DNA of 64,000 bases from Lactobacillaceae bacterium. GTDB lineage: Bacteria; Pseudomonadota; Alphaproteobacteria; RF32; CAG-239. Both the position numbers and the translations under genes were made by a program. Each line of letters starts with the position of its first letter. Position 1 is the stretch's first letter. The notes beneath the pieces are model-generated. The model saw nothing but the letters and a program-made list of their open reading frames with translations. It made no database searches and was not told where the DNA came from. The stretch spans positions 693,223 through 757,222 of the forward strand of contig JAISVX010000003.1 of the NCBI GenBank assembly GCA_031271345.1, in the 5' to 3' direction. Shown piece after piece: positions 29,497 to 39,057 of the stretch.

Positions 29497-29720
29497 TAAG
29501 TAAAAAATCTCTTGCAGAGATTTCTTAGCCTTGGCTATCTTAAGTCAAGACTAAGAAACCTTATACAAATATTTTACCATAAATGCAATAATTAAAATTT
29601 AAAATTTCAAAATTTTCTAAAATCATTAATCTTGTGGGGTAGAGCAACATATTTCTTGTTTATTTCTTCAAAATGTGCTTACTTATTCCTAATTAAAATA
29701 TAAAGAGAGGAAAAACGATA

Positions 29721-30431
29721 ATGATTAAAACATTTGAGATTTCTTGGCGTAGATATGTTTTGCCCAACATTCACAATGAAGGATGGAAATTTGTCGGCAT
29801 TTTTGCCGCTGTGACCGCTGTTCTTGCAGTCATTTGGGCGCCTTTAGGCGTTGTTGGTCTGGTATTAACCGTATGGTGCTACCTGTTTTTCAGAGACCCT
29901 GAACGCGTCGTTCCTCAAATTAAAGACGTTGTTGTTTCCCCTGCTGACGGCATTGTGCAGATGATTGCAAAAGTTGCCGGTCCCGAAGAGCTTGGCTTGG
30001 AAAAACAAAAGTTCACAAGAGTAAGCGTGTTTATGAGCGTGTTTAATGTTCATGTTAACAGAATCCCTGCCGATGGAAAAATCACCAAAGCTGTTTATGT
30101 TCCGGGAAAATTCTTGAACGCCACTCTTGACAAAGCCAGCAAAGATAATGAAAGACAGCTTATAGGCATGAAAACTGCCGGCAGCAAAAATATTGCTTTT
30201 GTTCAAATCGCGGGTTTAGTGGCGCGCAGAATCTTGTTCGAAGCAACTGAAGGACAAGAATATAAAGCCGGCGACAGATTTGGCTTAATTCGTTTTGGCT
30301 CGCGTTTAGACGTTTATCTTCCAGAAGGAGTTGAACCTCAGGTATGTTTAGGGCAGACAATGGTCGCGGGCGAAAGTATAATCGCAAACCTAAGCGGCGA
30401 AGCAAAACAAGTTGATGGAGTTATAAAATAG
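29721..30431 (+). CDS. psd: phosphatidylserine decarboxylase (short archaeal/rickettsial-type proenzyme)
   Basis: N-terminal TM, ...[18 protein letters not shown] with G-S self-cleavage site near C-terminus; immediately followed by pssA. Confidence 0.8.
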   Translation: MIKTFEISWRRYVLPNIHNEGWKFVGIFAAVTAVLAVIWAPLGVVGLVLTVWCYLFFRDPERVVPQIKDVVVSPADGIVQMIAKVAGPEELGLEKQKFTRVSVFMSVFNVHVNRIPADGKITKAVYVPGKFLNATLDKASKDNERQLIGMKTAGSKNIAFVQIAGLVARRILFEATEGQEYKAGDRFGLIRFGSRLDVYLPEGVEPQVCLGQTMVAGESIIANLSGEAKQVDGVIK

Positions 30432-31213
30432 TGGAAAAAATTAATAGAAAAATAAAAATTTCTAAAGACAAGCTCGGCTCTCTGCCTTTTCGAAAAATAG
30501 CGCCCAACTTAGTTACAATGTTAGCCCTCTGCGCCGGTATTACTTCGATTCGTTATTCTATTCAGCTGGATTGGTCAAAAGCCATTATCTGTATATTTCT
30601 TGCCGCTTTTTTTGATATGCTCGACGGCAGAGTCGCAAGAATGCTGAAAGCATCAAGCAAATTTGGCGCGGAACTTGACAGTTTGTCCGACTTTGTAAGC
30701 TTCGGCGTCGCTCCGTCAATAATGATATACAGATGGACTCTTTATGATCTGCCTAAGTTTGGATGGTTTTTCTGTCTGCTTTTCAGTATGGCTATGGCAA
30801 TGCGCCTCGCGCGTTTCAACACTATGCTGGATGACGAGCCTCAGCCTTCCTACTGGCAAAATTTCTTCGTCGGCGTCCCTGCTCCCGCAGCAGCCGGTCT
30901 GGCGGTTCTTCCAGTTATGACAAGCTTTGAATTTTCCGGCTGGGAATTTTTGCGCTCAAACTGGTTCATGGCCGCCGTAATGTGCGTTGTCGCAATATTA
31001 ATGGTCAGCAGAATACCTACAATTTCCACAAAGAAAGTAAAAGTTCCAAGATATATGCTTATGCCGTTGATGTTGATTGTTGTTTTTATCGCGAGTTTTA
31101 TGATTAGCCAGACATGGCTGACTTTAAGCATTATAACTTTATGTTATGCGGTTTCAATACCAATCGGCACATTGGTGTTTTTACGAGAAAAAAGAAAATT
31201 TGAAAATAAATAA
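30431..31213 (+). CDS. pssA: CDP-diacylglycerol--serine O-phosphatidyltransferase
   Basis: CDP-alcohol phosphatidyltransferase motif DMLDGRVAR...G(x3)D...D; start overlaps psd stop (ATAGTGG). Confidence 0.85.
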   Translation: MEKINRKIKISKDKLGSLPFRKIAPNLVTMLALCAGITSIRYSIQLDWSKAIICIFLAAFFDMLDGRVARMLKASSKFGAELDSLSDFVSFGVAPSIMIYRWTLYDLPKFGWFFCLLFSMAMAMRLARFNTMLDDEPQPSYWQNFFVGVPAPAAAGLAVLPVMTSFEFSGWEFLRSNWFMAAVMCVVAILMVSRIPTISTKKVKVPRYMLMPLMLIVVFIASFMISQTWLTLSIITLCYAVSIPIGTLVFLREKRKFENK

Positions 31214-31220
31214 AAACCAA

Positions 31221-31248
31221 AGGAGGGCTTTAATAATAAAGCCCTCCT
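31221..31248. terminator. bidirectional rho-independent terminator (12-bp stem)
   Basis: AGGAGGGCTTTA-ataa-TAAAGCCCTCCT then TTTT; on the opposite strand followed by TTGGTTTTTA; sits between convergent pssA and 31250 gene. Confidence 0.65.
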
Positions 31249-31249
31249 T

Positions 31250-31879
31250 TTAGTAGGTTAAATGAACTCCTTTCTCGGCATTTTTTGCGACAGTAAAAGT
31301 TTTTCGGTAGAGTTTTTCGCCAGTTTCAACCCGGTTAATAAAGTCCACCTCTTTCATTGTCTGCTTACGCCCCCATAACGAAACCGTCCGATACCCGTTT
31401 TCACGGTTTGCAGCGTCGACCCAGACTGGAAAAGCATATTTGCCGTTCTTCACCCGCACAGAAGCAAGGTAAACCGCTTCGGTTTCAAGGATAGTTTTTG
31501 CCTCTGCCTCCGTTGCGACAGCAAGAAACTTTACTTTAGGCTCTCGGTTCAGAAGAAATACTCTGTCGGCAATTTTCTCCGTTCTTTTCATCAAAAGAAC
31601 ATACTTTTCTTCTAATGAATCCCAGAAATCGCCGTCGCGAATATCCTCTCCTTCAATAGCTTCGCCAGACATGACTCTGAGAAGCAGATCAAATTGAGGA
31701 CGACTGTTTACATACTGCACCCAGAAAAACTCATACTCGGTTGCAATATATGAAGACCTCAATTTCACTACTCTCAAATCTATCGGTTTTCCTCTTGAGC
31801 GTCGCGTTGTTCTTTTTTCGAACAACCTAACCGCGTCATCCTCCAATATAGGAAGATTATAAAGACGTTTTGCTTCCAT
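31250..31879 (-). CDS. hypothetical protein
   Basis: 209 aa, no recognizable motif; downstream (same strand) of der and the 129-aa ORF. Confidence 0.4.
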   Translation of the reverse strand: MEAKRLYNLPILEDDAVRLFEKRTTRRSRGKPIDLRVVKLRSSYIATEYEFFWVQYVNSRPQFDLLLRVMSGEAIEGEDIRDGDFWDSLEEKYVLLMKRTEKIADRVFLLNREPKVKFLAVATEAEAKTILETEAVYLASVRVKNGKYAFPVWVDAANRENGYRTVSLWGRKQTMKEVDFINRVETGEKLYRKTFTVAKNAEKGVHLTY

Positions 31880-31970
31880 TCGATTTATATGTTTTATGGT
31901 TTGACATCATAATAAGAAAAAAATGGGGATTACATGATATATAATCCCCATTATTAAACAATGAAACTGC

Positions 31971-32360
31971 CTAAGCGTATTTCTCCAGCATTTGAACTCC
32001 GTCTTTTACGACCAGAATAAAAACGCCGGGATAAATCTTCGCTTCGTTAAACATTACGAGAGAGCCGGACTTAAACGGCATAAGCTCCGAGATAACCTCG
32101 TCAGCGGAGAGAATCCTCGCCGTTTTTCCGATAGTCTCCGCAATCGCTGTCTCATCACACTCCAGCACAACGGGTATGGTGATAACAAAGTCGGAATCTC
32201 CGACTCTTATTTTCGCTGCCCACTGGTGAATGTTAGAGGCTTCGTTGAGGGCTAACTTCCAGTCTTCATGTTTGATAGACTGAGTGTCAATGCCGTCAAC
32301 AATACTCGTCAAGCTGTTAAAAGCTCCCGGGTTTGTGAGAATACTGATAACCTGTTCCAT
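31971..32360 (-). CDS. hypothetical protein
   Basis: 129 aa, no recognizable motif. Confidence 0.4.
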   Translation of the reverse strand: MEQVISILTNPGAFNSLTSIVDGIDTQSIKHEDWKLALNEASNIHQWAAKIRVGDSDFVITIPVVLECDETAIAETIGKTARILSADEVISELMPFKSGSLVMFNEAKIYPGVFILVVKDGVQMLEKYA

Positions 32361-32485
32361 ATTATATGTTTTTTAGTGATACAATACTTGAGAATAAATA
32401 ACTTTTTGTCTAAACAGCATATTACACCATCAAGTTTTTGTCAATGTTATAATAAAAATCCCCTGCTTGCCGCCGGGGATTTTTA

Positions 32486-33841
32486 TTATTCTTTATCAGC
32501 GTAAGGGTTTCCTGTTTTACGCACCGTAATCCTTATCGGAACACCTCTGAGATTAAAAGTATCCCGCAAAGAGTTTGTCAAATATCTTAAGTAGCTGTCA
32601 GGCAGTCCTTCGGGATTGCTCGAAAATATATAAAATGACGGCGGACGCGTTTTTGCCTGAGTAACATAACGAAGCTTAATTCTTCTTTTGTTTTTACCCA
32701 AAGGAGGAGGATATGCCCCCAAAACATCCGCAAACCAATCATTTAAAGGAGACGTCGGTATACGGATATTCCATCTGTCATAAACCTTAAACACCGCACT
32801 CATCAATTTATCAAGATTTTCTTTCTTTAATGCCGAGATAGTAACGGTTGGAACCCCGTCTATCTGGGTTAAAGACGATGCGAGTTTATCATTCAATTTT
32901 TGCAAAGCTTCCTGCTTATTGGCAATATCCCATTTATTTACCGCGATAACCAACGCCCTGCCCTCGTCGATAACATTGCGGGCAATTGTCAAATCCTGTT
33001 TATCCAGCACCGCATCGGCGTCCAAAACCAATATCACCACCTGCGCCATGGAAGCGGCATGCTTGGTATTTGCCGCAGACATTTTCTCTAATGAATCGCT
33101 TACTTTTGAATTACGGCGCAAACCAGCGGTATCAACCAGCTTAACTTTTCGACCCTTCCACTCCCAGGGAATAGTTATGGCATCGCGGGTAATACCGGCT
33201 TCAGGTCCCGTAAGCATTCTGTCATCTTTAAGAAGAGCGTTTACCAAAGTCGACTTGCCGACGTTAGGTCTTCCGACTATTGCAATCTGAATTGGGCGGG
33301 TATCATCTTCACCCAGACTTTCATCCTCGTCAACCGCTTCTTCCTCAACATTTTCATCATATTCCTGCAGCGCTTCGTACAAAAGCTCCAAGCCAATGCC
33401 GTGTTCTGCTGAAAAACATATCGGGTCGCCCAAACCTAGTTTATAAGCTTCAAAAACACTGTTTTCCTGAAGCCTTCCTTCGCATTTATTTGCTATAAGG
33501 ATAACCGGCTTATGGCTTTCTCTTATAATTGATGCAAAATGTTCGTCATAAGGATGAATGCCTTCTCTGGCGTCAATCAAAAACAAGCAGACATCCGCTT
33601 CGTCAATCGCATATTTTGTCTGCTTCCACATTCTCTGTTCAATAGTATCTTTATTAGAATATTCATAGCCGGCCGTATCAACTATCACTAAGTCAATATC
33701 CCTAAGCTGAGCGGGCGCTTCTCTTCTGTCTCTTGTTACGCCGGGCTTGTCATGAACAATAGCAACCCTGCGTCCAACCAGTCTGTTAAACAAGGTGGAC
33801 TTACCGACGTTTGGACGACCAACTATTGCAACTCTAATCAT
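32486..33841 (-). CDS. der: ribosome-biogenesis GTPase Der (EngA), tandem GTPase domains
   Basis: Two G1 motifs GRPNVGKSTLFN and GRPNVGKSTLVN, DTAG motifs, KH-like C-terminus. Confidence 0.9.
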   Translation of the reverse strand: MIRVAIVGRPNVGKSTLFNRLVGRRVAIVHDKPGVTRDRREAPAQLRDIDLVIVDTAGYEYSNKDTIEQRMWKQTKYAIDEADVCLFLIDAREGIHPYDEHFASIIRESHKPVILIANKCEGRLQENSVFEAYKLGLGDPICFSAEHGIGLELLYEALQEYDENVEEEAVDEDESLGEDDTRPIQIAIVGRPNVGKSTLVNALLKDDRMLTGPEAGITRDAITIPWEWKGRKVKLVDTAGLRRNSKVSDSLEKMSAANTKHAASMAQVVILVLDADAVLDKQDLTIARNVIDEGRALVIAVNKWDIANKQEALQKLNDKLASSLTQIDGVPTVTISALKKENLDKLMSAVFKVYDRWNIRIPTSPLNDWFADVLGAYPPPLGKNKRRIKLRYVTQAKTRPPSFYIFSSNPEGLPDSYLRYLTNSLRDTFNLRGVPIRITVRKTGNPYADKE

Positions 33842-33850
33842 TATTTATTC

Positions 33851-35185
33851 CTATTCATAAACAAACAATTTAGCATTATTTGTCGTTAAGATTATATTTC
33901 CATCCGCCACAATCGGTGATACCTCAACCCCGTTGTCAAGCTCGGTTGAGGCTATAATTTTTCCATCATAAGGAGACACTGCAAACGCATAACCGTTGGA
34001 TGTCGCGACGATAAGCCTGTTATTAACCAAAATCGGACCAGCGGCAAAAGCCCCTACTTTTTCGTTCAAATCTTTTCCAGAAGAAAGCTTTGACGCCCAA
34101 TAGATATTTCCATTTTGAGCATTTAAAGCGACAAGCTCGAAATTATTATTTAAAACAAACAAATAGTTTCTAACCAAAAACATCGGATTAGATGTTCCGA
34201 TTTCTTTTTCCCAAAGCTTCATGCCGTTGCGTAAATCTATTGCCGCCAAAATATTATTTGTCCCGGCCGCATAAACGACTTCGCCGTCAATTATTGGGTT
34301 GGACTTAATCGCATTAATGCTTGATAAAGAGTTTGTTCTAACTTTTGGCGCCAGGAAATAATCCCACAAAGGAGAGCCGGTGCTGGTCTTAAACGCGCTG
34401 AGTTCGCCGTTTGAAAAAGCCGCGATAACAACATCTTTTTCCATATTATATGCGGGGCTTGCGCCGCCGACAATCACTGTTTGCTCGTTTGAGGTTTTAT
34501 ATCTCCATGCTTCTTCGCCAGAAACAGCGTTCAGCGCAATCAAAGCATTATCGACAGTTTGCACAAAAACATGACCGCCGCCGATTGTCGGAGCAATTCT
34601 TATCGGAGCCTCCGCATCAAATTTCCATATTCTTTTGCCCGTCTGCATATCAAAAGCATAAACCATGCCGAAACCCGTTGTTGCAAAAACCGTTTTTTGC
34701 ATTGCGGAAACTGCCAAACCAGCGCCTTTCATCGATACGTCGTTTTGGGTTTTCAAAGCGGGCTTTATTTTTTTCTTCCAAATCCTCTCGCCGTTATCCA
34801 AACGAAAAGCTCTTATTTCCGCGTCGGCGTCTATAGTAAAAACAACTCCGTTGGCAACCACGGGGGACGCCATCAGATAATCGCCTCTGGAAATACCTGA
34901 GCCAAAGCTTGCAGACCATTTTTTCTTAAAATTGCTGCCAGCCATCAGATGGGTCAACCTATGTTCCGAGTTTCCGCCGCTTTGATACCAGCCGTTGTTT
35001 TTTACCATTGGAGGGAGTTCTATGCTGTATCCAGAAACCGCATAGTCGGAATACAAAGAATTTTGTCCTTCCAAAACACCTATTCTTTCACCCTCAAGAG
35101 GAATTTGTTCTTTTTGAAAAAGACTGCAAGAGGCAAGTATGATACTTGCCCCTAATATAGAGATTTTATAAACTTTTGACAACAT
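33851..35185 (-). CDS. bamB: outer-membrane protein assembly factor BamB (PQQ-repeat beta-propeller lipoprotein)
   Basis: Lipobox LASC, repeated ...G.V(Y/F)...(D)G.L.A.D..TG...W propeller blades; conserved position immediately upstream of der. Confidence 0.75.
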   Translation of the reverse strand: MLSKVYKISILGASIILASCSLFQKEQIPLEGERIGVLEGQNSLYSDYAVSGYSIELPPMVKNNGWYQSGGNSEHRLTHLMAGSNFKKKWSASFGSGISRGDYLMASPVVANGVVFTIDADAEIRAFRLDNGERIWKKKIKPALKTQNDVSMKGAGLAVSAMQKTVFATTGFGMVYAFDMQTGKRIWKFDAEAPIRIAPTIGGGHVFVQTVDNALIALNAVSGEEAWRYKTSNEQTVIVGGASPAYNMEKDVVIAAFSNGELSAFKTSTGSPLWDYFLAPKVRTNSLSSINAIKSNPIIDGEVVYAAGTNNILAAIDLRNGMKLWEKEIGTSNPMFLVRNYLFVLNNNFELVALNAQNGNIYWASKLSSGKDLNEKVGAFAAGPILVNNRLIVATSNGYAFAVSPYDGKIIASTELDNGVEVSPIVADGNIILTTNNAKLFVYE

Positions 35186-35210
35186 GAGTAAACTCCAACT
35201 ATCTCAAATA

Positions 35211-35909
35211 CTACTCGTTGTTCAAAACAGATAACATGTCTTGAACCCTAAATCTTAGGACATCCGATAATGAAGGAGAGCTTAGGATTTCTTCATAAAT
35301 TTTTCTTGCCTCGGCATAATTTCCTTCTCTAATCTCCAACATCGCCAGCATTTCTTTAGCAATATTAGTCCATGTGTTTTCCGTTGACGCAAGAGTCTTC
35401 AATAAAGCTTCTATCTCTTCTCTTGGCGCTGTATCTAATTTATATGAAGCAATTTTGATTGTTGAAATGTCCTTTAGCTTTTCATTCATATTTTTATCAT
35501 TAATAACATTTTCAAGTTCGGAAACAGCTTTTTCTGTATCGCCTTCGTCAAAGTAAATGTTAGAGATTTGTATTTTTGCCAAATCAGAATAAATTTCGTG
35601 TTTCTGCTCGACAATTTCTTCCAAAGTTTTAAGACTGTCCTCATACCTGCCTTGAAGCTGAAGGCTTAAGGCATAAGCATACTTATCCGACCATGTTTGA
35701 TTTCTTTTTTCATGCAAAGCCTTGAATGTTTCAAAGCTTACTGTAGCCGTAAGAATTAAAACTACGGCAGCGACAATGTAAAGCCCGTATTTTTTCCAGA
35801 ATATAACTAAATTTTCATTTTTTAATTCTTCATCAACTTCCTGAATAAATCTATCTTGAAACACTTCCAAATCAGACTTTTCTTCCGCTTTGCTAACTCT
35901 TTTTTTCAT
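35211..35909 (-). CDS. YfgM-like membrane-anchored TPR protein (UPF0070)
   Basis: Single N-terminal TM (LYIVAAVVLILTATV) then TPR-like helical repeats; conserved yfgM-bamB-der order. Confidence 0.55.
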   Translation of the reverse strand: MKKRVSKAEEKSDLEVFQDRFIQEVDEELKNENLVIFWKKYGLYIVAAVVLILTATVSFETFKALHEKRNQTWSDKYAYALSLQLQGRYEDSLKTLEEIVEQKHEIYSDLAKIQISNIYFDEGDTEKAVSELENVINDKNMNEKLKDISTIKIASYKLDTAPREEIEALLKTLASTENTWTNIAKEMLAMLEIREGNYAEARKIYEEILSSPSLSDVLRFRVQDMLSVLNNE

Positions 35910-36014
35910 ATAATATCTCTCTTTACCAAATAGTTATAAATTTTACCGCACATTTTTAATGTTTATATATCAAATAGGCAATTAAGCAAACCAATTATTT
36001 CAAAAATTACCAAC

Positions 36015-37190
36015 TTATTTTATCAGCTCTTTTATCAAAAACACCCTTGCCCAGACTAAATCATCCATCGGCACCTTCTTGCCAAAAATCATATCTCTGT
36101 CTTCTGTTCCGATAGTAAGATAGCTTCTGCCGGTCGCCGGATTTGTTGTGACTTCAATTGATTTTATGTCTTTTTTCATCATCTCGCTTTGTTTTTTTGA
36201 AAAACCCAAAAACTTGTGATGAACAATAATTTTTTCCGGCTTAATAATGATTTTATCTCTTTTAAACAACGCCAAAACCGAAGCCAAAATACCAAGAACC
36301 GCAAAGCTGTACGCAACCACAGCCGCAAAAGTGAACCCGGGACTGTTCAATATCAGGATTGAAAGAACAAAGCCCAAAACAAGAATGATAAAAATCGCTA
36401 AAACATTATACGCATCCCAGACTGCTCTTTTAACTTTAAGTATTGTCTTATCGCCTTTTCTTGCGACAACCAAAGTTTTTGGGCTGTATTCTTCAAGCTC
36501 CAAAGAATATCCGTCAAGATCTCTATCCATATCCACCAAGCTTTGAGAAAACTCTTCAACAGTTCTCGCAACAAAATCTCCACCCCTCATAACGATTATC
36601 GGTTTGCCAAGCTTTTCCGCATAGCTTTTAATAAGAGAATTTAGGTTTTTATCTTTTAAGCTTATATAAAGCGGAATAGTTTTTTCGTTATCTTCATGAT
36701 AAAGCTCGATAATATATTTGTTTCTATTAATCAAGCCAAACTGAAAATATTCAATTCTGGCTCTTACGCCTTCATAATTCGTAAGACTTTCGCTGATAAC
36801 CTTTTTGGCACCGAACAGCGGACGGTGCGTAATTATAAACGTGCTGCCGTCAAAGAATATTTTTTTATATTTTATATAAGAGGACACAAGAGAGACGACA
36901 ACCCCGAGACCGATTGCTATCATAACAAAGTCGAAGATAACGGGAGTAAGCAATGTTGTTCTTTGTGGAGTTGTAACAGTTAAGTCGTCAAAAGCGGTAC
37001 TGGAACTTATAAATCCGTCCAAAAACTCATAAACGCCGATTATTGCGAGCAAAGCTCCAAAAAAAATCCCCGGAAGCAGAATATTTATGCTCACCCTGTC
37101 TGTTTTTCTCGCAGGAACCCTGCCTAAATCTATTTCATAGTTATAGCTAAAATGCTTAGGATATTCATTATTCATTTTTAATGTCCCCAA
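36015..37190 (-). CDS. membrane protein with two TM-pair + soluble-module repeats (possible bacterial PH/bPH_2 domains)
   Basis: Pattern TM-TM-~90 aa soluble, then TM-TM(-TM)-~90 aa soluble, as in YdbS/YdbT-type bPH proteins; inference only. Confidence 0.4.
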   Translation of the reverse strand: MGTLKMNNEYPKHFSYNYEIDLGRVPARKTDRVSINILLPGIFFGALLAIIGVYEFLDGFISSSTAFDDLTVTTPQRTTLLTPVIFDFVMIAIGLGVVVSLVSSYIKYKKIFFDGSTFIITHRPLFGAKKVISESLTNYEGVRARIEYFQFGLINRNKYIIELYHEDNEKTIPLYISLKDKNLNSLIKSYAEKLGKPIIVMRGGDFVARTVEEFSQSLVDMDRDLDGYSLELEEYSPKTLVVARKGDKTILKVKRAVWDAYNVLAIFIILVLGFVLSILILNSPGFTFAAVVAYSFAVLGILASVLALFKRDKIIIKPEKIIVHHKFLGFSKKQSEMMKKDIKSIEVTTNPATGRSYLTIGTEDRDMIFGKKVPMDDLVWARVFLIKELIK

Positions 37191-37341
37191 TTATATTTCT
37201 CTTCTAAACTCATACTATTATACTTCTTTACAATAATCACCTATTTTTTTCTGATTATCTAAAACAATTTAGTTTATTTTAATAAAAATTTTGTTTAATC
37301 TAGTTACATGTCAATAATTATATTTAGTTGGGATTATTAAA

Positions 37342-39054
37342 ATGGGCGCAATAGAGATCTTTACTAATAACTTGTATTTCTACATTACCGTAGTTTCGTT
37401 GTTTCTGCTGTTTCTTGTAATATCATATACTTCGCTTGACACCAAACAAGCCGACGGCGTATGGCTGTTCTTTTGGGGGTTGACCTTTGAGTTTCTGGCA
37501 TCCTGGTTTGGATATACTATTTCAGAATATCAAAGCAAACCGCATTTTGATGTTCTGGTCTTTTCCGAACTGTGCCTGCTGCTGGCTTCCCTGGCATTTA
37601 TGTCCCTGGCGGCGTTCAGCATGCTTATGGGAAAAAAAGACAGCAAGAGTTTTGTGTGGATTTTTCTCGTAATCGCAGTTGTCGCCGTATCATACTTTGT
37701 ATTTGTCGCTCCAAACGGAGACATGGCTGAAAGTATGAGGACCGTTTTCCCGCTAACAGCTTTCATCATTATGGCTTTGTCATTTTGGGCAAAATCAAAA
37801 TACGGCTTTGGATACAAGCTTGCGTCTCTTGTATGCGTAATCGCCTCAATAATTCTCATATTCAAGCTGCTTGGCATGAATGATACCGTACAGGATTTAT
37901 GGTATATTCCAGCCACAACTTATGTTCTGCTTTCCGTCGCCGTTTTAATTATAAAATCAGACACCTTAAATCACAGCCTCAAAGAAAGCCGCCAAAGAGT
38001 TGAAAACCATACAAATCAAATTGAAAACATTATAAAATCATCTCCGTTTCCAATAATTATATCAAGATTAAGCGATGACAAAATAATAATCGCAAATAAT
38101 AACGCTATAAAACTTTTTGGTATAAAATCTAACGAACTTGAAAGATATAAACTGAGAGATTTTTTTGTCGACCAGGAAAACAGGCGTCTCCTTAACGAAC
38201 ATCTTGAAAAAGAAAAAGAAATAAAAGATTTTGAAATTTTGGTTAAAACAGCCACTGGAAACACTCCTTTCTGGCTTCTGACATCTGCAAACATCATTGA
38301 CTACAACCATGATATAACCGTATATCTGGCATTTCAGGATATTACCTCCCGCAAAAACCGCGAGGCCATTCTTAAAAACCAGGCTACAAGAGACCCTCTG
38401 ACATCGCTGTTTAACCGCAGATACTTTGAAGAAGAAGTCAAACAACTGGCAAACAGGTCCGGTCCTCCTTTCAGTATTTTAATGCTTGACGTCGATAAAT
38501 TCAAAAATGTTAACGATACTTATGGGCATAAGGTTGGAGACCAGGTGCTGATTGAAATGGCTGGAATATGCGAGAAAGCCTTGCGCGAGCAGGATATTGT
38601 CGCTCGTTACGGCGGCGAAGAATTTGTTATCTACCTGCATGATACCAATGAAGAAAAATCCAAAGCTGTGGCAGAGCGCGTAAGAGAGACAATCGCCGCA
38701 AGTAAAATGGACATCGGTGAAGGTCAGACAATCGGCGTCACCGTCAGTATCGGCGTTGCTACTTCCAGACTTTCCGTTAATATTGACGAGCTGGTAAAAA
38801 TGGCGGACGCGGCATTATATAAAGCCAAGAACAACGGCAGAAACCGCACGGAAGTATTTGAAAAAGAAGATATTAAAGATTTGGACACGATTATCGTCAA
38901 AAAATCGTCTTCCTTACACCCCGCGTTTGCAAAAGAAGAAAATCAGGAAATTTCTCTTCTCGACGGAATTGGAGCCAACCATATCACAAGCGGCGCAAAC
39001 GAAATTAAAAAAGAAGCCGATAATATAATCAATCCAAAACAGGATGAAAAATAA
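37342..39054 (+). CDS. membrane-anchored PAS-GGDEF diguanylate cyclase
   Basis: ~7 N-terminal TM helices, PAS-like region, GGDEF domain with intact RYGGEEF and I-site-like residues upstream (RxxD: ALREQD). Confidence 0.8.
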   Translation: MGAIEIFTNNLYFYITVVSLFLLFLVISYTSLDTKQADGVWLFFWGLTFEFLASWFGYTISEYQSKPHFDVLVFSELCLLLASLAFMSLAAFSMLMGKKDSKSFVWIFLVIAVVAVSYFVFVAPNGDMAESMRTVFPLTAFIIMALSFWAKSKYGFGYKLASLVCVIASIILIFKLLGMNDTVQDLWYIPATTYVLLSVAVLIIKSDTLNHSLKESRQRVENHTNQIENIIKSSPFPIIISRLSDDKIIIANNNAIKLFGIKSNELERYKLRDFFVDQENRRLLNEHLEKEKEIKDFEILVKTATGNTPFWLLTSANIIDYNHDITVYLAFQDITSRKNREAILKNQATRDPLTSLFNRRYFEEEVKQLANRSGPPFSILMLDVDKFKNVNDTYGHKVGDQVLIEMAGICEKALREQDIVARYGGEEFVIYLHDTNEEKSKAVAERVRETIAASKMDIGEGQTIGVTVSIGVATSRLSVNIDELVKMADAALYKAKNNGRNRTEVFEKEDIKDLDTIIVKKSSSLHPAFAKEENQEISLLDGIGANHITSGANEIKKEADNIINPKQDEK

Positions 39055-39057
39055 AAC

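Noticed and set aside
34291-34900. Cluster of plus- and minus-strand ORFs (60-128 aa) inside bamB
   Set aside because: All nested within the well-supported PQQ-propeller CDS; typical antisense open frames of GC-richer coding DNA.
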